The notes beneath the pieces were generated by a model. That model did no database searches. It was not told the origin of the DNA and was given only the letters and a program-made list of their open reading frames with translations. A stretch of DNA of 42,311 nucleotides from Hydrurus foetidus (Eukaryota): assembly GCA_900617105.1 (NCBI GenBank), contig UYFQ01000525.1, forward strand, positions 1-42,311. The letters are read 5' to 3'. Both the position numbers and the translations under genes were made by a program. Positions 30,887 through 42,311 of the stretch are shown in pieces (within the stretch, counting starts at the first letter, position 1; every line of letters begins with the position of its first letter).

Positions 30887-31277
30887 TCTTGGAATAAGGC
30901 TGTCTTTTGGATCCTGGATCCAGTCAAAGCACCTGGTTGATAGCAGTGATTCGTTTAGAACACACTTTGCTTTCAGCTAGTCGACCAAGGTCGCTTCAAC
31001 AGCTCACTCTAGTGTAGGTATAATGGCACACAGCCATATAGTCTCTTTTAATTAGAAGTGCTCATTGTGTCAAAACATAGCAGTTCATGGCTAGCTATAC
31101 TAGCTACAGTTGGCTGTTCACTGTCATCATCAGTTGCAACTTTCAGTACAGTTTGAGTGATGGTCTCGGGTCTGTGAGCGCTACCCTCGCTCCTCCACTT
31201 AGGCTTGAGTGATATTACCCAAAGGGAATTCCCCCAAAGGGATTGTCCCCATAGGGATAGCTATGCTATATCCAACA
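30887..31277 (-). repeat. 5' LTR of copia C (391 bp)
   Basis: Near-identical to 25387-25776. Confidence 0.97.
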
Positions 31278-32367
31278 GGGTACCCCCTTCGCCCTTGGTA
31301 GTATGGTCTCTGGGAGGTGAGAGGGTTGCTAAAATGTTCGTTCAGTACGGTACAGTGTGTGTAAAAACGTTAAAAATTAAAAACAGCAAATAGACAGCTG
31401 GATTTTTTGTACTTTGTACAGCTCTGTTGTGTCGTGCTGTAAATTCCTACAAAATGCTACTCGTATTCTCATTTTTATCGCTTATAGATAGCAGTGGGAG
31501 TAGCGTGAAAAGTAATTGTGCTCCAAATTTTACGAATGGAATATGGAATATGATCCAGCACGTGAATAATGTATTCCTTGAACAATTGCAGTGACGCCAC
31601 AATTGCACCCCCTCCAAGAATGCACCCCAAAGACGTTTCGGTTAACTTGCCCTCGAAAGCACCGGAGAGGGCAGAGGGCAAATAGTCTTTTCATGTAGTA
31701 CGAATTGTATGAACAATACGTTGAAGTTTTGTACTGGGTGCGATCGATCATTCGGCTTGTACGTCTGGCTTTTCGATGTCACAACTTACGAGTAATTTAT
31801 CGGATCTAGAAGTGCAGCTCAGTTTTGGGATCATTCAACGAACAATTAATGTATACCTGAAGACTTTAAATTTTCAACTTTTATTTGATGGCAGACAAAG
31901 TAAATTTCTCGTGAAATACCGTGCATCAGTTAAGTCTATTTTCATCATGATGTTGGAGGCGCTCTGCTCTATCCAGAAAATGTACAATTTCAATTCTTTC
32001 GAAAACAGAGCGAATTCGATAGTACACTCTGTGTGATGTCGAGGCGAAGATTGTTCATAACATTTGTCCTAATGAAGCTCATTATTATATTTGGCAAGTA
32101 CGTAAAGTGTGATATTTAATGATTTCTACTCCGCAAGTAACTATACAACCTTCATACGGATAAGGACGCTACTTCTGTCGCAGATCCAAGAATCAGTAAA
32201 TTAACATATAGAGGGCAATTTAATGTAAAATCAGGCTATGTGAGTCACTGTGTGATATTTTTGTAAGAGGCTGTAATACACCTCCTGAACGGAATATACT
32301 TGGGATGGGTATGGATACTAGGGCGCGTCATCCAACAAATCCAACTTTGATTGATTCTCCGCAGTCA

Positions 32368-33546
32368 TTATTTCATCTCTTTTTTCTCGTTATCTCTATC
32401 AAGAGAGTGACGCACTGCTGTAGAGTAGGCGAGTGTTCCCAGAACAGCTATCGCTGAGCCTATCATGCCAAAAGTGCTGATGGGCGATTTCAGTATTAGT
32501 ATAGATGCGAGTATGATCACAACTCTCTTCACAGTGTTTCCCACCGCATGAGTCATTGGGCTGATTGATCCTAATATCCAAAAAGATATCTCATTGTAGG
32601 CGTAGTATGAGAATCCAGATATCAGCAGGTTCTGCATCAAGCTGTCTGTGTCTACTCCTGCCTTCAGTGCTGCCTCCCATGTAGATCTCACTTTGTATCC
32701 CTCCAGAGCCATTGAGATAGGCAGCAACTCCACGGCAGATATAATCGTCAGTACCCTGAAGAAATCGGAGGGGCTCAGGGAACCGCTCCCAGCGCTGATC
32801 TCCTTCTTCGAAAGCACTATTCGTAACTGATAAAATAAATTAGACGCCATTCCGGCAAGGAAGCTGGTCCACGTAAACGACACCTCCTTTGCGGACGCGA
32901 TGCCGACTCCAACCACTATTGGAATAAGTGTTGAGTAAACAGCAGTCGAAGCATAGTCCCCGAACAGGATAGCCGAAAGTGCAGCGGAGAAAAGAGGCTC
33001 AGCGGCTTTTGTAATGTGCGTAAAACTGACGGACCCGGCGCTCAACGAAATCACAGTTGCCAGATTACCGAGGGCATGGGAGAAGGCAATTTTGCAGATA
33101 CTGGGCAAGGTTGCTCGACAAGATTCGAAATCCGGACATTTTACTAGCCACATCGGAAGAAATAACGGTATCCCTAGAATAATTTGAACCGCAGCGACGG
33201 TGGCTGGTAGTGGTAGATCATTTAAGACTCTCTTGTTGCTTACATTGTAGACAACAGTAAAAAAGTACCAGAGGAAAAAATGCAAAGAAAGTTTCATCAC
33301 TTTTGCGATACTTCGCGGTGATGAGACGCTTTTCACAGCTTTGTTGGATGTCTCATTTATAGCCTCCATCTCTCGAAATGTTGAATTCATTGGTAATAAC
33401 AGCTGGTCATTGAATTTCTGAGAGAAGTTGATTTCAATTCTATCTTGGCAATTATCTGAACTTTGAGCGACGACCGTATGTCTGCTTTGCTTCGCTACAG
33501 TTGTCTTAACGATGAGCCAAAAGATTATCCCGTGAAGAAATTTCAT
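32368..33546 (-). CDS. plastid phosphate translocator family protein (TPT/PPT-like, DMT superfamily), intronless, with N-terminal signal peptide
   Basis: LWYFFTVVYNVSNKRVLN, HALGN, VSFTHITKAAEPLFSA, LIPIVVGV, YYAYNEISF and THAVGNTVKRVVII are hallmark pPT motifs. Hydrophobic N-terminus from the ATG at 33546. Confidence 0.93.
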   Translation of the reverse strand: MKFLHGIIFWLIVKTTVAKQSRHTVVAQSSDNCQDRIEINFSQKFNDQLLLPMNSTFREMEAINETSNKAVKSVSSPRSIAKVMKLSLHFFLWYFFTVVYNVSNKRVLNDLPLPATVAAVQIILGIPLFLPMWLVKCPDFESCRATLPSICKIAFSHALGNLATVISLSAGSVSFTHITKAAEPLFSAALSAILFGDYASTAVYSTLIPIVVGVGIASAKEVSFTWTSFLAGMASNLFYQLRIVLSKKEISAGSGSLSPSDFFRVLTIISAVELLPISMALEGYKVRSTWEAALKAGVDTDSLMQNLLISGFSYYAYNEISFWILGSISPMTHAVGNTVKRVVIILASILILKSPISTFGMIGSAIAVLGTLAYSTAVRHSLDRDNEKKEMK

Positions 33547-33934
33547 GATCAACAGCCCTAAGAATTGGCAGATGATTGACGGGAGGTGCGGAAATCATTG
33601 CGAAGGAAGTGAAGGGAAATAGGCTCGGGTTGTCTTGTTAGTGACACAGTTGTCAATTGCAGAGAAAAGTTGCAATAGACTCGACTGTAGACTGGGCGGC
33701 GGAGTCGGCGGAGTAGTTATTAGAGTGGTGGAGCAACTTGGAATTCCGGATCCAGGTTTTGAAAAATTCCGGATTATTTTTCATGATCGGATCCGTGGTT
33801 GAGCACGTGAATTCTGGAATTTCGGATCCACAAATTTAAACCGTTACACCCTGAAAACGAAGTTTTTCATTGCACTTCATGTAACTAATCTTCCACTTAT
33901 ACAACATCCATTAAAGTCTTGCACACATACAACA

Positions 33935-35185
33935 ATGGTGATCCTAAAGCGAAACTGTAAGGATGTTGACATCAACGTCAGGCATAGCGTCTCGCTCACT
34001 GGAAACGATCGACATAAGATGCGTTTCCTGAAGGGAATCCTGACAAATCTACTGGCTTTACATGAAGAATTCGTTGCAAACGATGATCACATGAGCGCCA
34101 GAATGGTATTACGCTATGCTCGGATTATTTTTGCTGGGTACGACTCGATTTCTACCGTCGAAATCGATCATCCCATCAATTATGTGGGTGATAGACTACG
34201 TTTTGACGTCCTTGCTATCGGTATGATAGCGACTACCTACCGCTTCAAGAGCGTCAGTCAATTGAGAGAGTTGAAGGACGGTTTACAAATTCCAGATCGT
34301 ATGGTGAATCCACTTGATAGGTCGGTTTATGATGGTGAAGAGTTGCTTTTATTAGTGCTGGAACGTTGCGCTTTGGGTACTAGGCTAATTGATCTGCAGA
34401 ACAAATATCATAGAAATCATTCAGCGATTGGAAAGGCAATCAATTTTTTCTGTTCTTGGCTGCAGCAACGTTGGGGCTATTTGATTCATGATCATTTAGA
34501 ATTTTGGAAACCGTACTTACGCGATTCCAGAGACGCAATTGTAGCCAAGTTGGAGTCTTACTATCAAGATCTCGAGGTTGAAGTCGATGAAAATTTACAC
34601 GTGGCATCCTTCATCGATTGCACTATCATAGGCACCAGCCGTCCAGGAGGTGGACCGATGGAAGCCGGACCAAATGCTGAACGTTTTCCAGGTCACGTAC
34701 AACGCGCATTTTACAACAAGTGGGCAAGAAAGCACGGGATGAAAAAGCAGTCATGCTGTTTATCAAACGGAATGGCATTGCATGTAGGGACAGGCTTCTC
34801 GTGTAGGAGGCACGATTTACATTTACTCCGCGAGTCCAATTTAAATGATATGCTGACTGACTTGTATCTTGGCGATATGCCTGAAGAGCACTATCAAATT
34901 TACGGTGATTCTGCATATATTGTCATGCAAAACATCACATGCGCGGCTGATATCGATCAATTCGGTGAAATTCGAGCAGGTATGAACGCATGTCGAGAAA
35001 GTATCGAGTGGATGTATCGTGATTTAAAGGTTATGTGGGCTATAACCTCAATTAAGTACAAGTTAAAACTACTCAATGATTTTACACACGTCGATAATGT
35101 CATTGATGCATGCTTCATATTTAATAATGCATGGAACTGCATGAATGGGAATGAAATCACAGTGGTTTGGTTTGCCTCCTCCTAG
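33935..35185 (+). CDS. Harbinger DDE transposase (DDE_Tnp_4/HARBI1-like); the native C-terminus probably continues in another frame to about 35219
   Basis: SFIDCT, QRAFYNKW...HGMK, RRHD, IYGDSAY, MNACRESIEW. A shifted frame reads WFGLPPPSFATY, a typical ending. Confidence 0.9.
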   Translation: MVILKRNCKDVDINVRHSVSLTGNDRHKMRFLKGILTNLLALHEEFVANDDHMSARMVLRYARIIFAGYDSISTVEIDHPINYVGDRLRFDVLAIGMIATTYRFKSVSQLRELKDGLQIPDRMVNPLDRSVYDGEELLLLVLERCALGTRLIDLQNKYHRNHSAIGKAINFFCSWLQQRWGYLIHDHLEFWKPYLRDSRDAIVAKLESYYQDLEVEVDENLHVASFIDCTIIGTSRPGGGPMEAGPNAERFPGHVQRAFYNKWARKHGMKKQSCCLSNGMALHVGTGFSCRRHDLHLLRESNLNDMLTDLYLGDMPEEHYQIYGDSAYIVMQNITCAADIDQFGEIRAGMNACRESIEWMYRDLKVMWAITSIKYKLKLLNDFTHVDNVIDACFIFNNAWNCMNGNEITVVWFASS

Positions 35186-35442
35186 CTTTGCTACGTACAC
35201 ATCACTCGGACCAAATTGAATATATTGTACTTTATTTGCGATGATGTCAGCGGAATAACGCCGATGGCCTGTCGGCATTCTATTTTCTCCCTACCAGAAC
35301 GGCGCGGGTTCGAACCCGTTTTGGTCCGCCCGCCTGTATTTAGTACTCCATTCACACTTTAGTATGAGTGATTTTGACTTCAAACAAAAATATCCTTAAA
35401 GACGAAAAATTCGATTTAAAGTTACGGAAGTAGCAGCAGTAA

Positions 35443-36183
35443 TTACTTTTTGATATGGGCTATCACTTCTCTCAGGTTGGCAGCCAAGTTTAACATAGTT
35501 TCTCTGTCAGATAAGGCCTGCTCGCGTGCCCTCGTATTCTCAGCCTCTGTCGCCTCGTAAGTCGTTTTTTCCGCAGTTATGAGGTCGCGGAGCATCTTCA
35601 TTCATTGGCTTTCTTCAGTGTTGGCGATGGATCGGGATCTCTTCTTTCCTTTGGCCATGGTTGCAAATTCTCGAACTCCGGCTGTGGACGAGGCGGTGCT
35701 GGTGGATGCCACGCTTCTTGAGAGATCAACCAAGGCCTCCTTGCCCCCTCCAGACACAACAGCATCTGTGATGTCGGAGATTACTTTCTTACTTTCTACT
35801 TCTATTAATTTGCTAGCTACAACACATTTCTCCTTTTTTAAGGTTAAATTTGCCATGATTTCTAGCTGCAAATCTACAGGAGAGGAGTCTTCAGGTAAAG
35901 CGCTTAAATTGGCGCGCTCCCCCTCGTCTCCATAGCCGTGCTTCGTTTTGAAGGCTTTCATGAGTGTGCCAAACTTGTGCTGGATCGTGTTCCAGGCTAC
36001 AGGCTGCCCCTTGTCTTGGAAGATGCCCAATTTCCACAAGTTTGCCACAACTTGTTTGAACTTCGTCTCCAGCGGCTCATTTGCGACCCGCTGGAACGCC
36101 CCGATCATATAAACTTGATTGACAAGTTCAAGAGTCATTTCAGGGCACCACTTGAGGTTTCCCTTTCGGGGAAGTGCTTCCAT
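35443..36183 (-). pseudogene. Harbinger ORF2, Myb/SANT-like DNA-binding protein with an internal TGA at 35602-35604
   Basis: KWCPEMTLELVNQV...WNTIQHKFGTLM resembles a trihelix/Myb domain. The frame continues past TGA for 52 more coiled-coil-like codons to a TAA at 35443. Confidence 0.7.
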
Positions 36184-36531
36184 TGCTATGATTGCGATGA
36201 AAATCGCAGAGTCCAGGACGAGTTTGGCGCCATTTCAACCAATTTCGACGTTTCCTTTCTCAAGGAGTACGTTACCGTCATCAGAAGAGTAGTTTTGGCG
36301 TTTTGCCGACACTTTACAGCTTCTATATATGTCTAGTAACGTATATTTGATGACCGTTGGATGAACTTGCTAGGTAGCAGCTAGAGTTTAGGGGGCAAAT
36401 CGATCCGGAAGTTTGACTTCTGGATTGGAGTATTTCTGAGTGGGAGTTCTGGATTGATCCGGAAGTGAACTTCCGGATCAATCCGGATTTACCCCAAAAA
36501 AAGCGGGACTTCCGGATTGCTCCACCACTCT

Positions 36532-36807
36532 ATTGTGGTTTCACTTTTGATTGGCAGCACTCCCCCCCAGAGAGTTGTGAAAAACACCGCGCGCCATCAG
36601 GGAACTCAACTCGGCACCAAAAATTTGCCGACAGGGGGGTCTAATTTCGTTTCTTTTCTAGAATCTGACCCAGGGACCAAGATTTTTTGCAAATAGACTC
36701 CCCTGGTCGGGAAATTTTTGGTGCCGAGTTGACTTCCCTGATGGCACGCAGTGTTTTTCACAACTCTCTGGGGGGGATCTGCTGCCAATTAAAAGTGAAA
36801 CCACAAT
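36532..36807. mobile_element. fold-back element / MITE with about 110-bp imperfect inverted arms
   Basis: attgtggtttcacttttgattggcagc...cagagagttgtgaaaaacac...ctcggcaccaaaaattt is mirrored by aaatttttggtgccgag...gtgtttttcacaactctctg...gctgccaattaaaagtgaaaccacaat. Confidence 0.9.
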
Positions 36808-36918
36808 ACCGTGTTGTGATATCCGGATTAGACTAGGATCTTGTACCTTGTGTGATGTATGATTGTTTTCATGCACGGGTGTACGTACATTCAGCGATAA
36901 CATTGACCGCAACCCTCG

Positions 36919-37135
36919 TGTGACCCGCACACCCGTACGGGCTGTACGGGTACAGGCGTACGTTCGGACCGGATCGAGGACGATCCGATCCACCCGATTC
37001 ACTGCCATGATACCTGCTGTGTTTATCTGTAAGCTAACCACATTGTTTCCATAGCAATAGCTCTTCCAGCACCCTTTCCCTTGCTCCCGCTCCCAGCCGT
37101 CCCGCTCCCAGTGCCTAGATCCTAGCGAGGCCACA
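36919..37135 (+). repeat. probable 5' LTR of the right-hand gypsy element (boundaries uncertain)
   Basis: TGTGACC...GGCCACA termini. Internal motifs (cgatccgatcc, ctgtaagctaaccaca) resemble the LTR at 16335-16531. Followed by TGGAACCA. Confidence 0.5.
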
Positions 37136-37687
37136 ATACCGGTATTTGGAACCAGCTAGTGATCTCTCAGATCCAAGTTGACCAAACGTCCCAACAAAAA
37201 ATCCCGCAACGACCGTAAAACAGTCTGAGCAACAAGTTGAGTAACTCTTCAGGAGTGAAAACCACCCCAAACGCTACTACAAAGGTCTCGTCAACGCGAC
37301 AGCCTCTGAATCGTAGTCGTTCGCGACCTCAAATATTGGCGATTTATTCCCAAAATATCGTGCAGCTCTTCTACGCGAAGGCTTACGAAGGAAAGGAACT
37401 TGCAAGCAAGTAACACCTCCCAAACTCGTTTACGAACGAAATCCAACGCGCCCACGCCCAGCTTCGTACCTTACGAAGCCGCCGCCCACGTCCAAATTTT
37501 GTTGCGATTTCCTCCCGAAATCGCACCAAACCATTCCAATCCCCCTGTCTCCTACTACCACATCCTTAACCTACGATTCCTCACCCTCGAACAACCTACT
37601 CCTCTTTTCCCTGAATCACCGCGTCCGCGTTCCGTCGCTGTCCAAGACGCAGAGTTCCAGTGAGATTTCCCACGCCAAGTTTTCAAG

Positions 37688-39952
<2,265 letters not shown>

Positions 39953-42311
39953 GTCCAAAATTCCGTATGCGGAAAATATCTCAGAAAATCGTATTTTGCC
40001 AAACATGCAAATGCTTTTATCAACAATCATACCTAATGAGATAAATGATTACTTACAAGTAAAAATATGTCTTCCTCAGACCCCATCCCCGGCTACCGCT
40101 TTGGCGACCGCGTTGACAGCCGCGACCGCGACTCCAACCGCAAAGACGACTCGCGCCAAGCGGAAAAGGACAAAGACAAAGATCGCCGCGATCGAGACCG
40201 GTCCCCACCCAAATCCTCGTCCAGCTACGGACCCAAATGACGGCATGGCCGCCTTAGCCCAAATCGACACCGGATGTCAAGTTGGGGACGTAATCAATCG
40301 TAGAGTCCTTCGGGGCCTACGTGGTGAACCCCAACTCCGCACCACCGACTCTCCCATATGGATGTGTTCGGGTCTAAATAATCAATGTATTGAATCCACT
40401 GCTGTCCTTGATATTGTTGTATCATTTAACAAAAACGATTTGAAATACACTTTTTCTCTTCCGGTGCGAATTGCAGAAGATTCCAAAGTCGACCTAATCT
40501 TAGGATTAGAGACAATAAAAAAAAACTAAATTTGGTTAAAATCATTCCGGAATTCTTCCAATCTCCGGAAAATATCCAAAATGAAAAAATTCACTCATTA
40601 CAAAAACTGAATCAATCCACAAACATGGTATTAAACCACGTGGACGTTCCACTCATGCTAGAAGCAGAGTCGGACACAGTAACGAGTATAACAAGTCCAA
40701 CCTTACCTCCGGTTATAACTAGCCGAGAGGGGATAAAACCCTCAGACACAGACAGTCGATGGCAAGACGACATGGTGGCTCGAGGTGCTTGTACAAGCAA
40801 GACATGCACTCCTTCATGTGGGTGTCCCACTAGCTTAGCTGCGGCAGCGGCTAGGCTAGATTCTGATGAGTTCATTTTGCACTCTACGGTCGAGGCAGCA
40901 GTTTTGTTGTCACCTCCCCGACAAAATGATTTAGGTGTAACAACCGACAGGAGTCCGGAATTAGCTACTCCTACTCCCTCATCCAAGGCACCAGCCCAAA
41001 CACGTGGTTTAGTTGCTGCTCTACTCCGGGAGCGTGAAGAACTCCCAGAGGTTCAACCCTTCGGACCCGAAGAGATTGACTACAAGTCGAAGGATACCTT
41101 CGCTCCTTTCCAAGACAATCCAACAGAGGACAAAATGTACCTCATCGATCTCATACAAATCGATGGTACCCCTGAACAACAAGCAAAAATTAAAGCAATT
41201 TGTGTCAAACACATAAAGCTATTCAACAACAAACTCGGACCAGAGCCCGCGCGAATTCCCCCCTTTGGACTACCCGTACGGGATCCAGAGTGGAAAGTTT
41301 TCAAAAACCGCGTAGCACCACGACCAACGTCTACACGAAAACAAGTCGAAATCCGAAAACAAGTTGAAACTATGCTTGAACAGGGTATAATAGTCAAATC
41401 AGAGGCATCATACTATTCGCAAGTAACACTTGCGGCAAAGCCAGACGGTTCATACCGATTCTGTATTGACTATCGTCACCTCAACGACGCAACGGAATCA
41501 GCAAGCTGGCCAATCCCTAATATTAAACAAATGTTAGCAAGATTAGGTTCACAAAAAGCAGACACATTCGGTGTAATAGACCTCACAGCAGGATATCACC
41601 AAGCACCGTTAACTCTAAGTACACGTGTGTATACAGCTTTCATAACATTTATGGGCATCTACCACTTTACCCGACTACCTTTCGGACCCAAAAGAGCCCC
41701 CTCATATTTCCAAGAAATGATGGCCTCAATAGTCCTTTTAGGACTAATATACCAAATCTGTGAAGTATACCTCGACGACATCATCGTTTATGGTAATGGA
41801 TTTGATCAATTCTGCGAGCGATTAGAAATCCTTTTTCAACGCCTAGAAAACAAAAACATTTCACTAAAAGCCGCAAAGCTAAAGCTAAATGTGCGAATAG
41901 TTGAATATGTCGGTAGACAAATATCTAAAGAAGGTATAACTATGAGTTCCAAAAAATAAGAGGTGTGACCGACTTTCCTATGCCACGACGACGACTGAAT
42001 TAAGATCGTTCCTCGGACTCACCAATTATTTTCGGGATCATGTACCAAATCACTCCAACGTGGTCGCACCACTGCATAAAATTATAGATCACGCCGCGAA
42101 AAAGCAATCAATGCTAATCTGGACAGATGACGCCGCAAATTCTTTCAAAAGATAAAAGATCTAATTGCAAAGAGTCCTTTATTATATTTCATATACGATA
42201 CAGCGCCCATTACCCTCATGACCGATGCGTCAGATTACGGGATCAGCGGCTATTTGTATCAAGAAGTCGACGGAAAAAACAACTCGTCGCTCTCGTAACC
42301 AAGTCTCTTAA
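39953..42311 (+). pseudogene. pol: gypsy pol: protease, RT, start of RNase H
   Basis: AQIDTGCQ and DLILGL (protease). KPDGSYRFCIDYRHLN, IDLTAGYHQ, LPFG and YLDD (RT). RSFLGLTNYFR and TDASDYG downstream, with frameshifts. Confidence 0.93.

Larger units (their letters stand above)
25387..31277 (-). mobile_element. full-length recent Ty1/copia LTR retrotransposon C with 5-bp TSD GGGTA
   Basis: LTRs 25387-25776 and 30887-31277 (I see two substitutions and a 1-bp indel). GGGTA at 25382-25386 and 31278-31282. gag-CCHC-PR-INT-RT-RH order. Confidence 0.97.
33722..36531 (+). mobile_element. PIF/Harbinger DNA transposon with 15-bp TIRs and 3-bp TSD ATT
   Basis: AGAGTGGTGGAGCAA (33722) and TTGCTCCACCACTCT (to 36531), with ATT on both flanks. 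Two convergent ORFs (transposase + Myb-like). Confidence 0.93.

Noticed and set aside
31283..32367. Short ORFs (62-86 aa) downstream of the translocator
   Set aside because: No recognisable motifs; AT-rich intergenic or 3' UTR sequence.
22753..33736. Shared AGTGGTGGA core in the TIRs of the pogo-like and Harbinger elements
   Set aside because: A 9-nt match between unrelated superfamilies with different TSDs is most simply coincidence.
23738..35604. UGA recoding or alternative genetic code suggested by in-frame TGA in several TE ORFs (15581, 23738, 35602)
   Set aside because: All occur in elements with other lesions and are explained by CGA/TGG-to-TGA mutation. The host genes need no read-through.

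Overview
Eukaryotic, transposon-dense window, most likely from an alga with a complex red plastid (stramenopile-like; inferred from the two host genes). About 75-80% is mobile DNA. It holds two related Ty1/copia elements (1-8508 and 9685-13896, minus strand) whose Gag has a CCCH finger plus a shared domain I do not recognise. It also holds a chromodomain-bearing Ty3/gypsy remnant (about 13960-16531), a pogo/Tc1-mariner-like DNA transposon (22753-25365), a young full-length copia with near-identical LTRs (25387-31277), a two-ORF PIF/Harbinger element (33722-36531), a fold-back MITE, and a degenerate gypsy element running off the right end. Two host genes are embedded. The first is a spliced FEA1/ISIP2a (phytotransferrin)-like membrane protein of about 1487 aa, built from four near-identical 1174-bp exon+intron units (17061-22056); it is the most striking feature. 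The second is an intronless plastid phosphate translocator (32368-33546, minus). Family assignments come from motif recognition by eye, not from database searches.
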